Shown piece after piece: positions 5,078 through 13,573 of a stretch of DNA of 24,724 nt. A program made the translations under genes and the position numbers. The DNA is from a virus (lineage: Duplodnaviria; Heunggongvirae; Uroviricota; Caudoviricetes), in IMG/VR virus record IMGVR_UViG_3300036790_000261, positions 1 through 24,724 of that record. One strand, given 5' to 3'. Numbering within the stretch: the first letter of the stretch is position 1; every line of letters begins with the position of its first letter. Under the pieces are notes generated by a model, which was given only the letters and a program-made list of their open reading frames with translations, was not told the origin of the DNA and did not search any database.

Positions 5078-6724
5078 GTGCAAAGTGCTACGCCGAGTGT
5101 CCTCTACGGGTCCCAGCGCCCCCGGTTCTTCACGTGCCCGCCGCGGCACGAGCACCGGGTTGAAGGCTGCCGTCCGTGCGCTGGCGGAGGCAGCGAGTAC
5201 GAGCCTGAGGTCGGCTGCGGCGACCAGCAGGCTATTGACGTGCTCGGCTGGGCGCAGGACGCTGCCGGGTACGAGCCTGACCCGTGGCAGAGCTGGTTCC
5301 TGACTCAGGCGCTCGGCACCCTGCCCGACGCGACCTGGGCGTCGACTGACGTCGGCCTGGTGGTCAGCCGCCAGAACGGCAAGGGCACCATCCTGGAAAT
5401 CCGCGAGCTCGGCGGGCTGTTCGTGCTCGGCGAAGAACTGATCATCCACACGGCGCACGAGTTCAAGACTGCGGCTGAGCACTTCCGCCGGGTCAAGGCA
5501 GCGTTCGACGACCACCCGGCGCTGCGCAAGCGGGTCAAGCGGATCAGCGGCTCGCACGGCGAGGAAGCGGTCGAGCTGTTCCCGCAGCCCACCCTGATCT
5601 TCGGGCCCGGCCGCAAGCAGATCACCCGCAGGGTTGCCGGCCGGCTCCGGTTCCTCGCCCGGTCCAAGGGCTCCGGCCTCGGCTTCTCCTGCGACTGCCT
5701 GGTCTACGACGAGGCGATGATCCTGACCGAGGACCAGGTGGCCGCGTCCCTGCCGACGATGTCCGCCCGCGCTAACCCGCAGATCTGGTACACCGGCTCC
5801 GCCGGCCGTGAGGACAGCTTCCAGTTCGCCGCGATCCGCCAGCGCCTGGTCAAGGGCACCCGCGACCTGTGCGCCGCCGAGTGGAGCATCGACCCGCATA
5901 ATGACGGCTGCACCCGGGACGAGGAAACCGGGCGCGAGTCCAACATGTTCGTCACCTGCACCAAGCACGACGACCGTGATGTGCCGAAAAGCTGGGCGAA
6001 GGCCAACCCCGGTTACGGGTACCGGATCAGCGAGAAGTTCACCCGCGACACCGAGCTCAAGGGCATGCCCGCCCACAAGTTCGACCGGGAGCGCCTAGGG
6101 GTCGGGGACTGGCCGCAGCCGGAGGCGCCGTGGGCGGTTATCAGCGAGATCAGCTGGCAGAAGCTTGCCGTCGGGCGCGATGACGCCGGGTTCCCCGTGC
6201 AGCCCATCGTGTTCGCCGCGGACATCGACGAGGACGGCCGCAGCGCCACCATCAGCGCCGCCTGGGACCATGACAGCAAGAAGGTCGTGCTGGAGATCCC
6301 GAAGGGCTGCTCGCGGCAGGGCAGCGACTGGGTGATGGACAAGCTGACCGCCATGTACGAGAAGTGGCGCCCGCTGGCCGTCGTGATGCCGAAGAGCGGT
6401 CCCTGCGCCGCGCTCATCCCCGACGGGAAGAAGAAGTGGCGCGAGCGGCTTGTAGAGATAGGCACCGCGGAAGAGGCAGCTGCTTTCGCCTGGTTCCTGC
6501 AGCAGGCCCGTGCCGAGTCAATGTGGCACTTCGGCCGGGACGGGGCCCCCACCCTGTGGCACGCTGTTGCCACCGCGGCGACTCGTGTTGTCGGGGACGG
6601 CGGCAAGGCATGGTCCCGGCGGGACAGCGAGAGCGACATCACCCCGGTCACCAGCGCTACCCTCGCCGCCTACGTGCTGAACCGGGAGCGCCGCAGCTAC
6701 AACCTGCTCGACTCGATTGGTTAG
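5078..6724 (+). CDS. terL: Terminase large subunit (548 aa)
   Basis: Walker A VSRQNGKG, Walker B CLVYDEA, motif III YTGSAG, C-terminal RNase H-like nuclease (DID..., DITP); GTG 6 nt after TAGTAT. Confidence 0.97.
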   Translation: MQSATPSVLYGSQRPRFFTCPPRHEHRVEGCRPCAGGGSEYEPEVGCGDQQAIDVLGWAQDAAGYEPDPWQSWFLTQALGTLPDATWASTDVGLVVSRQNGKGTILEIRELGGLFVLGEELIIHTAHEFKTAAEHFRRVKAAFDDHPALRKRVKRISGSHGEEAVELFPQPTLIFGPGRKQITRRVAGRLRFLARSKGSGLGFSCDCLVYDEAMILTEDQVAASLPTMSARANPQIWYTGSAGREDSFQFAAIRQRLVKGTRDLCAAEWSIDPHNDGCTRDEETGRESNMFVTCTKHDDRDVPKSWAKANPGYGYRISEKFTRDTELKGMPAHKFDRERLGVGDWPQPEAPWAVISEISWQKLAVGRDDAGFPVQPIVFAADIDEDGRSATISAAWDHDSKKVVLEIPKGCSRQGSDWVMDKLTAMYEKWRPLAVVMPKSGPCAALIPDGKKKWRERLVEIGTAEEAAAFAWFLQQARAESMWHFGRDGAPTLWHAVATAATRVVGDGGKAWSRRDSESDITPVTSATLAAYVLNRERRSYNLLDSIG

Positions 6725-6733
6725 GAGAACAAC

Positions 6734-6889
6734 ATGATGTCTGTCGTCAAGTTCAAGGACGGCACTGAGGACGTTCAAGTGTGGGAAGACCCGGATATGA
6801 CTCCGGCAGCAACCCTGACCGGGGCTATCGCGGACGGTGAGACCCTGAAGGGCGAGGAGCACGCCGGCGCCTGGCTGTACCTGTCGTGA
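6734..6889 (+). CDS. Small acidic hypothetical protein (51 aa)
   Basis: SD AGGAG, ATG 6734; MMSVVKFKDGTEDVQVWEDPDMTPAATLTGAIADGETLKGEEHAGAWLYLS. Confidence 0.6.
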   Translation: MMSVVKFKDGTEDVQVWEDPDMTPAATLTGAIADGETLKGEEHAGAWLYLS

Positions 6890-6984
6890 GTGACGAGCAC
6901 GCGCCCCGTGACCCGAGCTGGGGCCGCGGGGCGCTCCTCGTCGTGCTGCTGGTCATCGTGTTCGTGCTGATGACCTGGGCGTAG
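6886..6984 (+). CDS. Single-TM microprotein (32 aa)
   Basis: GTGA overlap; MSDEHAPRDPSWGRGALLVVLLVIVFVLMTWA. Confidence 0.55.
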   Translation: MSDEHAPRDPSWGRGALLVVLLVIVFVLMTWA

Positions 6985-7062
6985 GGACGGCGCGGTAGCC
7001 CGGTCGGGGGCGGTACCTGGCTGCCGGGCTCTTCTGACCGCCGATGCACCGCGCCGTTAGCC

Positions 7063-7533
7063 CTAACGTACCTGGAAGTACATCGTTGGCTTCCAGTACA
7101 CGTTCCAGGCGTAGTCGCCGACCCTGGTCCCCTCGGTCCGGGTGCCGAACGTCACGTCGTGCCCGCGGTCAACGAACTCAACGTGGTCGTCGCCGTAGAA
7201 CGCCAGGTCCCCGGCCACCGGGTGGTACGTGCGGACGAGGATGCCGTCGGCGACGCCTGTGGCGAGCATTGACCAGGTGTCCCGGGGCATGCTGATACCG
7301 AGCTGGCGAGCCGCCCAGTACACGAGCCCGCTGCAGTCGAACGTGGTCGGCCCGGCCCCGCCGTCGGCGTACCAGTCACCGGTCCGGGTTTTCGCCATCG
7401 CCATGACGCTCGCCCCGCGGTCGGTGAAGACAGCCGCGTGCGCGGGAACCGGCAGCAGGAACCCTGCGATGGCGAGCGCAGCGACGGTAACGGCCGCGAG
7501 GCGAGCTAGAGCGCCCTTGCGAAGCAACCTCAT
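7063..7533 (-). CDS. Secreted NlpC/P60 peptidoglycan endopeptidase (156 aa)
   Basis: Signal peptide MRLLRKGALARLAAVTVAALAIAGFLLPVPAHA; Y..GG.GP..FDCSGLV, LPR-like MPRD, GDLAFY, DHV; ATGA overlap with the upstream gene. Confidence 0.92.
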   Translation of the reverse strand: MRLLRKGALARLAAVTVAALAIAGFLLPVPAHAAVFTDRGASVMAMAKTRTGDWYADGGAGPTTFDCSGLVYWAARQLGISMPRDTWSMLATGVADGILVRTYHPVAGDLAFYGDDHVEFVDRGHDVTFGTRTEGTRVGDYAWNVYWKPTMYFQVR

Positions 7534-7919
7534 GGTACGTCCAGCGGCGCGTTCAGCCGGGCGACAACGGCGTCGGAGTCGGCGCGCATCTGCGCGATGA
7601 ACGCGTCGGTGTCGTCGGTCGGGTCGATGACGTGGAACGCGCCGGAGACCTGGCTGGCCGGGATGACCGGGAATTCTGTGGTGTCGCCGCTGCGCGGGGG
7701 CCAGTAGTCGTCGTTCCACTCGGGCAGCTCGTAGGCGGCGCCGTCGTAGTCGGGCAGCTTCTTGTCGGCGAGGACGTGCCACACCTCAGCGTCACCTTGC
7801 CGGGTGCGGCGGATGTCCCGGTACCAGACGAAGCAGGTGACGGACAGCAGGGCGAACAGGACGATCAGGCCGGAGCCGACCATGTGCAGCACAGACACGC
7901 TTACTCCGTTCACTTGCAC
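7530..7919 (-). CDS. Single-pass membrane protein (129 aa) with acidic tail
   Basis: Hydrophobic VGSGLIVLFALLSVTCFVWY followed by RDIRR; overlaps both neighbours. Confidence 0.65.
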   Translation of the reverse strand: MQVNGVSVSVLHMVGSGLIVLFALLSVTCFVWYRDIRRTRQGDAEVWHVLADKKLPDYDGAAYELPEWNDDYWPPRSGDTTEFPVIPASQVSGAFHVIDPTDDTDAFIAQMRADSDAVVARLNAPLDVP

Positions 7920-8590
7920 ACCCAGGGCGCGAAGGAATCCCCGGCGGCCCGGAACTTGGCGACGGCGTTGGCCGCGTTGACGGACGGGTTGGTCAGGCTG
8001 CCGGGCAGGACCGCGCCGAGGATCTGCCAGACGCCGGTCGCGCCCGACGGGTTGTAGGCGTCCGGGTTGAAGCCGCTCTCGCAGTAGGCGATCTCGACGG
8101 CATGGGGCTCAGCCCATGAGGGGCCGCCCGCGCCAAGCCACAGCTGCCCGACTTCCGCTGCCGACAGCACGCCGCCGCTGTACGCCGTGCTCGCCTGGGG
8201 GGGAGGCGCAGACGCGGCGCGGGCGCTGGTGCTGGCTAGAGCGGCAGGGGCGGGCTGCGCGGCGGCGCGGGCGGCAGCTTGGGCCGCGGCGATGGCGGCT
8301 GCTTTCTGCGCGGCGAGTTCAGCGAGGTACTGCAGGTGCGCAGTGTGAGCGAGGTGCGCGGCGTGCGCCTGGGCGGCGGTCCAGCTTGCCGTCCAGCGGG
8401 CCGCGGCGGTTGCCCGGTAGTCCGCTGACACCTGGGTTACGGCGCTGAGAACGGGTAGGGACGGCTTAAGCGGTGACGCCTGGGCCGCGGTCACCAGGAC
8501 CGTGCCGAGGACGAGCGCGAGGCTTGCTGACAGTCCCGTCAGAGTCACCCGCAGATAAGCCGAGAAGGGTGTAAAAACCCTGGCCAGCAT
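7910..8590 (-). CDS. Secreted or anchored lytic transglycosylase (SLT/lysozyme-like fold), 226 aa
   Basis: N-terminal signal/anchor, Ala-rich linker, IAYCESGFNPDAYNPSGATGVWQI (catalytic Glu in ES, G..QI), terminal PWVC; SD AAGGA. Confidence 0.88.
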   Translation of the reverse strand: MLARVFTPFSAYLRVTLTGLSASLALVLGTVLVTAAQASPLKPSLPVLSAVTQVSADYRATAAARWTASWTAAQAHAAHLAHTAHLQYLAELAAQKAAAIAAAQAAARAAAQPAPAALASTSARAASAPPPQASTAYSGGVLSAAEVGQLWLGAGGPSWAEPHAVEIAYCESGFNPDAYNPSGATGVWQILGAVLPGSLTNPSVNAANAVAKFRAAGDSFAPWVCK

Positions 8591-8717
8591 GTATATCCTT
8601 TGATCGTTGATTGGTGCCGGGCGCGGGGAAGGACTTGCCGGTACTTCGCCCCGTGAGCGGCCGTTTAACGCATGACGATAACAGGCAGGTCTCGGGCTTG
8701 CCCATAAAAATCGTTAA

Positions 8718-8752
8718 GAAGGCCTCTTCGGGCTAGTTCCGGAGGGGCCTTC
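8718..8752 (+). terminator. 14-bp hairpin between divergent genes
   Basis: GAAGGCCTCTTCGG / CCGGAGGGGCCTTC with two G-U pairs on the + strand, 7-nt loop. Confidence 0.45.
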
Positions 8753-8772
8753 GGCATGTGTAGCCTGAGGCC

Positions 8773-9036
8773 ATGACCGCAGTGATGGACCGGGCGACCG
8801 TCGACTTCATCAACACTGAAGCTGAGCGGATCGTCAAGGAGAACCCGCCGAGCGTCGTGGCGCTCACGGTCTTCCTGTTCTCCTTCTTCGCCGTCGCCTG
8901 GGTTATCGGCCGGGTGTGGTTCCACCTCGCGAAGCTCGTCCCGCTGATTGCGCTGTCCTGCCGTTCCGGTTACCGCAAGGGCGGCCGGGTCCCCGTCGAG
9001 TTCAAGGCGCCCGCGCAGCCTTCGTACCCGCAGTAG
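8773..9036 (+). CDS. Small membrane protein preceding the portal (87 aa)
   Basis: TM segment VVALTVFLFSFFAVAWVIG; ATG 6 nt after TAGCCT. Confidence 0.75.
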   Translation: MTAVMDRATVDFINTEAERIVKENPPSVVALTVFLFSFFAVAWVIGRVWFHLAKLVPLIALSCRSGYRKGGRVPVEFKAPAQPSYPQ

Positions 9037-9126
9037 TAGCCCCGTATATCACCCGCCTGTAACCTGGTCAAAGGACCCTACGGCCGCACGCGGAGCTAGG
9101 CATACCCCGGAAGGTGTGCTTAGCGC

Positions 9127-10929
9127 GTGGGCTTCATTGACAACATCAGGGCGTCCGCTCATGAAGAGCGCGTCATCGGTGGTGTTCCGTGGCAGCCCTG
9201 GACCAACCCGTTCTGGCGGTTCGACACCGGCGGCCCCGTCCACCCGACGCGCTCTTTCTACGGCCCGACGGAGGCGATGGGGCTGCCCGCCCTGTACGCC
9301 GGCGTCAAGCTGCTCGCGGACAGTGCGGCCTCCCTGCCGCTGCGGGTGTACCAGAACCTCGACAGCAGCACGGGCTACGGCATTGGCAAGCACCGGCTGT
9401 ACGGCGGGCCCACTATTTTCGACCGGCCGTCGGTCATCGGCACGTTCTTCGACTGGATGGCGCAGTCGATGGTGTCCGTGCTGCTGCAGGGCAACTGCTG
9501 GGGGTTCATCACCGGCAAGGACGGCTACGGCTTCCCGACGGGCATTGAGTGGATTCCGCCGGAGGACGTCTACGTCCTGGAGCCGCAGGACATGCAGACG
9601 GCTAACCCGCTGCGGGCCAAGGTGTTCGTCTACGGCCGTGAGGTTACCTGGTACGGGCCCGACTCCGAGGTCTTCCACGTTCGCGGCATTACCCTGCCGG
9701 GCCGGGTGGAGGCGATCTCGCCGCTGCGCAACTTCGCGCTGACGATCACCGCCGGGCAGGAAGCGCAGCGGTACGGCACGAGCTGGTACGAGGGCGGCGG
9801 CTTCCCGCCCGGCACCTTCCAGAACGCTGAGATGGAAGTGAACGCCGCGCAGGCGGCTGAGATCCGCGCTGAGCTTGTTAAGTCGCTGCGCCGCCGCGAG
9901 CCCCTGGTGTACGGCCGGGACTGGGACTTCAAGCCGGTCACCGTGCCGCCGAGCGAAGCGCAGTTCATTGAGGCGATGCAGCTGAACGCCACTCAGGTCG
10001 CCGCGATCCTCAACCTCCCGCCCGACCGGGTTGGCGGCAGCCGCGGCGACAGCCTCACCTACTCCACCGCCGAGCAGTCCACCCTGCAGATCATCGAGGC
10101 GCTGCGCCCGTGGCTGGTCCGGTTCGAGCAGAGCTTCTTCGACCTGCTGCCCCGCAACCGGTTCACCCGCTTCTGGACTGACGCGCTGCTCAAGACGGAC
10201 CTGGAGGCCCGGATGAACAGCTACCAGACGATGCGGAACATCGGCATCCGCACTGCCGACGAGATCCGCGAGCTGGAGGACCTGCCGCCGCTCGCGTCCG
10301 GGATCGGCGCTGAAGAGATGCCGCTCACCACGATGAACGCGATGGGCACCAGGGCCGGCGCGATCCCCAAGTCGTTCCTGAAGTCCGTCGTGCTGGAGAT
10401 GGACGTCGCTACCGACCGGCTGATCAAGCTGGAGAAGACCTACATCGCCCAGGGCAAGCTCCCCCAGGCGGCTCCGCAGGTCCCCGGCGCTGGCGGCGGC
10501 TCAGCTCCCGGCAGTGCGAAGCGCACCGACAACGGCGAGTACGGCAACGGCACCGGCGAGGGTTCCGGTCCCGGATCTAACTCGGGCGCGGGCGGCGGCG
10601 CTGCATCGTCCGGCCCGGCGCTAGTTACCGGTCCGCAGCCTCCGTCAGGAATGGCGCCGATCGGCATGCCGAATGCCCCGCTGCCGCTGGCCCAGGACCC
10701 GGCGTCGTTCCTGGCCTCGCTGATCAGCGTCCAGCGGAACGCGGGCTACGACTACGAGGAGCGCGAGGCAGCCCGGCACATTTACGCGCGGATTGTCGAG
10801 CGGGCTAAGCAGATCGAGGCGGCTGAGCCGGAAGAGCGCATTCCGGCTTCGCACGTGCTAGCCCCCTGGGTTCCAGGCCGCGCTGACCTGCGTGACGTGG
10901 TCCTTTCCGCGAACGGGCACAAACGGTGA
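9127..10929 (+). CDS. HK97-family portal protein with long low-complexity C-terminal extension (600 aa)
   Basis: AM.LPALYAGVKLLADS.ASLPL, LLQGN.W, VFHVR, G.SPL..F..TI..G, QFIEA, A.ILNLPP..VG, L.PWL.RFEQ, TADEIRELEDLPPL. Confidence 0.95.
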   Translation: MGFIDNIRASAHEERVIGGVPWQPWTNPFWRFDTGGPVHPTRSFYGPTEAMGLPALYAGVKLLADSAASLPLRVYQNLDSSTGYGIGKHRLYGGPTIFDRPSVIGTFFDWMAQSMVSVLLQGNCWGFITGKDGYGFPTGIEWIPPEDVYVLEPQDMQTANPLRAKVFVYGREVTWYGPDSEVFHVRGITLPGRVEAISPLRNFALTITAGQEAQRYGTSWYEGGGFPPGTFQNAEMEVNAAQAAEIRAELVKSLRRREPLVYGRDWDFKPVTVPPSEAQFIEAMQLNATQVAAILNLPPDRVGGSRGDSLTYSTAEQSTLQIIEALRPWLVRFEQSFFDLLPRNRFTRFWTDALLKTDLEARMNSYQTMRNIGIRTADEIRELEDLPPLASGIGAEEMPLTTMNAMGTRAGAIPKSFLKSVVLEMDVATDRLIKLEKTYIAQGKLPQAAPQVPGAGGGSAPGSAKRTDNGEYGNGTGEGSGPGSNSGAGGGAASSGPALVTGPQPPSGMAPIGMPNAPLPLAQDPASFLASLISVQRNAGYDYEEREAARHIYARIVERAKQIEAAEPEERIPASHVLAPWVPGRADLRDVVLSANGHKR

Positions 10930-10992
10930 AACGTTGCACGTCAGGTAGCAGGTACCTACCCTGTTCAGTAGAAGTGGCGCAGCCTGCGCTGA

Positions 10993-11556
10993 TTACGTTG
11001 AGGGAGGTGGCGGATGCCTGAGCACGGTTTCTCGCGCTCGCCGGATTACTTCAACGGGAATCAGGCCAAGGTCGAATCGCCGGTGATGGTTCGGGCACAG
11101 CATGACTACATTGCTCAGCGTGTCGGTGCCACCGTTTTTGCGCGCGATGATGTGGCAGACGTCGCAGGGTGCTCCGTCCCAGTCGCAGATAGCACAGCGG
11201 TCGGCGAACGAGCGGCGAATTGCTTTCCGGAAGGTGGATGTCAGCCGGTAGTTCTGCTGTACGCGTCCCGTCATGCGGCGGCTGTGGCCGCGATTTTTGC
11301 AGAGCAGCGAGCAGTACGCGCCGTTGGGTCGTACGGACGTGTAGTAGGTGAAGGGTTTCCCGCACTCTTTGCACGGCTTGGTAATCGGGGCTGTTCCAGC
11401 AGCTGTGTTGACTTCCCGTTCGTGCGCCCGGTGACAAGGTACCGAGCAGAAGGTCACCTTCGCGTCGCGTTTAGGTCCACGCGACAGGATCGGGCCGTCG
11501 CAGTGCTTACAGGTCTTGCCTGGGACGAATCTAGACACTGCTTTAGTGTACGGCAA
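10993..11556 (-). CDS. HNH endonuclease (homing-type) with N-terminal Zn-ribbon repeats
   Basis: CKHC..FCSVPC and CKEC..YCSLLC repeats; CAICD..CHII.RKNGGTD.LSNVV.LCPNHH; TTG start uncertain. Confidence 0.9.
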   Translation of the reverse strand: MPYTKAVSRFVPGKTCKHCDGPILSRGPKRDAKVTFCSVPCHRAHEREVNTAAGTAPITKPCKECGKPFTYYTSVRPNGAYCSLLCKNRGHSRRMTGRVQQNYRLTSTFRKAIRRSFADRCAICDWDGAPCDVCHIIARKNGGTDTLSNVVMLCPNHHRRFDLGLIPVEVIRRARETVLRHPPPPST

Positions 11557-11602
11557 TCAGTACGACAGACCGGAGCTAGCGCTCGAAGGAGAGGTCTTTA
11601 GG

Positions 11603-13000
11603 ATGGCTGTTCTGTCGAGCGCCGCGAGGGACAATCTGCCCGATTCGGCATTCGCATTCATCGAGCCCGGCGGCAAGAAGGTCAACGGCAAGACCGTCCC
11701 TGGCAGCAAGCGGCACTACCCGGTACACGACGAGCCCCACATCCGGGCTGCACTGTCACGCATCGGGCAGGGCGCCCGGTTCGCGAATGAGGCGAAGGCG
11801 AAGGTAATGGCGGCGGCTAAGGCCAAGGGAATCCAGCACGACGAGGCTAGCTCGTCCACCGGCCGGTCACTGGAGTCCCTCTACCCTGAGGTCCGGTTCC
11901 TCGCCGACGTCCCCGAGATCCGCTCGGTGAACGAGGGCCCGGCGCACATCACCGGCTACGCCGCCGCGTTCGGCAAGCTGTCGCGCCGCCTCGGTGGTTT
12001 CGTCGAGCGGGTCATGCCGACCGCGTTCAACGAGTCCCGCGACGCTGGCTGGCCCGACATGGTCTGCCGGTTCAACCACAAGGACGACATGCTGCTCGGC
12101 ACTACCGCGGCCGGCACGCTCCAGCTGGCGGTCGACGAGCGCGGCCTGCGCTACGACGTCGTCCCGCCGAACTGCCGCGACGACGTGCTGGAGTACGTGC
12201 AGCGCGGCGACGTCCGCTACAGCTCATTCGCGTTCCGCTGCCTGGTGCCCGGTACTGACGACGAGTGGGGCGTCACCGAGTTCAACTTCCCGATGCGCTC
12301 CCTCCACAACATCAACGCGCTCGACGTCGCGCCGGTTACCGACCCGGCCTACCGCGACACCACGGCGGTCGCCCGCAACATGACCGGCGCCATTGAGTCC
12401 CTCGCCATGTGGGTCGACGCCGAGCCTGCTGAAGTCCGCAACATGCTGGAGGCCGGTCAGGCGAGCCGCTTCTTCAAGCGCACTGACCGGCCGTCTGCTG
12501 CCCTCCCGGCGGAGACCGTTCCCGAGGTGCGAGCCAGCGAAATGCTCGACGACCCGGCGATCGCCCTGCGCAACTGGACGTTCAAGGACGAGCCCGAAGC
12601 CGGGGACCGCTCGGCAGGCGACGACGGCGAAGAGCAGCGTGAGCTGACGGCCGACGAACTGGCCGCGCACATCGAGGAAACCCGCGCCATGCACAACGCG
12701 GAGACCATGTGCCGCAAGTACGTCGACGGCGAGCCCTGCGTCCAGGGGTCAGGTCACGACGGTGACTGCACGGGCCGCTGCTACGGCCGCCCGCACGGCC
12801 TGCCCTGCGCGATGGCCATGGGCCACGGCGGCGAGCACCAGCCGATGGCGGTCGACGACGGTAACGGCCCCGGCCGCGGCCGGCCAGCTAAGCGCGACGG
12901 TGAAGAGGCGGCAGAGGGCGCGGAGAAGCGGACGCTGTCCGGCCCCGAGGCACTGCTGAAGGCCTTCGAGCGCCGGAGCCAGCTCGCTGTGATTGACTAA
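11603..13000 (+). CDS. HK97-type prohead protease with N-terminal DUF6582-like domain and C-terminal acidic/Cys-His tail (465 aa)
   Basis: ATG 11603 after AAGGAGAGG; ITGYAAAF, GFVE.V.P.AF, RFNH (His), SSFAF (Ser), DVAPVTDPAY. Confidence 0.93.
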   Translation: MAVLSSAARDNLPDSAFAFIEPGGKKVNGKTVPGSKRHYPVHDEPHIRAALSRIGQGARFANEAKAKVMAAAKAKGIQHDEASSSTGRSLESLYPEVRFLADVPEIRSVNEGPAHITGYAAAFGKLSRRLGGFVERVMPTAFNESRDAGWPDMVCRFNHKDDMLLGTTAAGTLQLAVDERGLRYDVVPPNCRDDVLEYVQRGDVRYSSFAFRCLVPGTDDEWGVTEFNFPMRSLHNINALDVAPVTDPAYRDTTAVARNMTGAIESLAMWVDAEPAEVRNMLEAGQASRFFKRTDRPSAALPAETVPEVRASEMLDDPAIALRNWTFKDEPEAGDRSAGDDGEEQRELTADELAAHIEETRAMHNAETMCRKYVDGEPCVQGSGHDGDCTGRCYGRPHGLPCAMAMGHGGEHQPMAVDDGNGPGRGRPAKRDGEEAAEGAEKRTLSGPEALLKAFERRSQLAVID

Positions 13001-13029
13001 TCCCGTGCCAGACGGGCAGGTTTAACCGA

Positions 13030-13386
13030 GTGGATGAGAACCCGGGGTCGCACGTCTCGCCCCTGGAGAACGTAGAACGGCGCATCCTGGTGCAGCTTCA
13101 GCAGATGGAGCTGCGCCTCAACCAGAAATTGGAGCAGATCATGGTTTCTCAGACCGACATTGACGCCCTGACCACGCAGCTCGTTGCCTCGGTAGGCGAC
13201 CTTCAGGCGCAGTCCACGGCGATCGGCGCGGACGTCACCGCTATCCAGGCAGCCCTGGCTAACCCGAACAGCATCGACATCACGGCGCTTCAGGCTGCGG
13301 TGGCGTCGCTCGCGACCAACCAGGCGAGCCTGGACGCTTCGGTCGGCACGCTGAACGACGTCGTGCCCCCGGCGCCCGCGAGCTGA
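13030..13386 (+). CDS. Coiled-coil hypothetical protein (true start may be ATG 13141)
   Basis: Heptad-like IDALTTQLVASVGDLQAQ..LQAAVASL; GGAG precedes ATG 13141. Confidence 0.7.
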   Translation: MDENPGSHVSPLENVERRILVQLQQMELRLNQKLEQIMVSQTDIDALTTQLVASVGDLQAQSTAIGADVTAIQAALANPNSIDITALQAAVASLATNQASLDASVGTLNDVVPPAPAS

Positions 13387-13428
13387 CTGCCACGCGGCAG
13401 TTAGACTGACGGCCTGAGGCTGCTCTGA

Positions 13429-13474
13429 GTAGAACCCTTAACAAGCACGGGGCTTGTTAAGGGTTCTGCCTTTT
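13429..13474 (+). terminator. Strong intrinsic terminator upstream of the capsid gene
   Basis: Perfect 16-bp stem AGAACCCTTAACAAGC / GCTTGTTAAGGGTTCT, 5-nt loop, followed by GCCTTTT. Confidence 0.75.
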
Positions 13475-13573
13475 CCGCAGTTAGTTTCGTACCGTAGTCT
13501 TTAACTGATGTAAGCCGCGGCCACGCAGTATGTGCTGGAGCCGGTCCGTTTCCTGAAAAGGGAAGGACTGGCA

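Noticed and set aside
7534-7782. N-terminal extension of the NlpC/P60 ORF given in the track (7063..7782)
   Set aside because: Arg-rich off-frame text overlapping the 7530..7919 gene; the signal peptide and ATGA coupling place the start at 7533
7063-8590. Classical holin-endolysin lysis cassette
   Set aside because: Both hydrolases carry export signals and lie antisense to late genes; the middle gene has one TM and no clear holin features
8591-8720. c-di-AMP (ydaO) or SAM-IV riboswitch before the transglycosylase
   Set aside because: Only scattered short matches (GTCATG, CCGGCAA); the conserved cores are absent
11516-11602. Track start of the protease at 11516
   Set aside because: Overlaps the HNH start on the other strand; SD AAGGAGAGG supports ATG 11603
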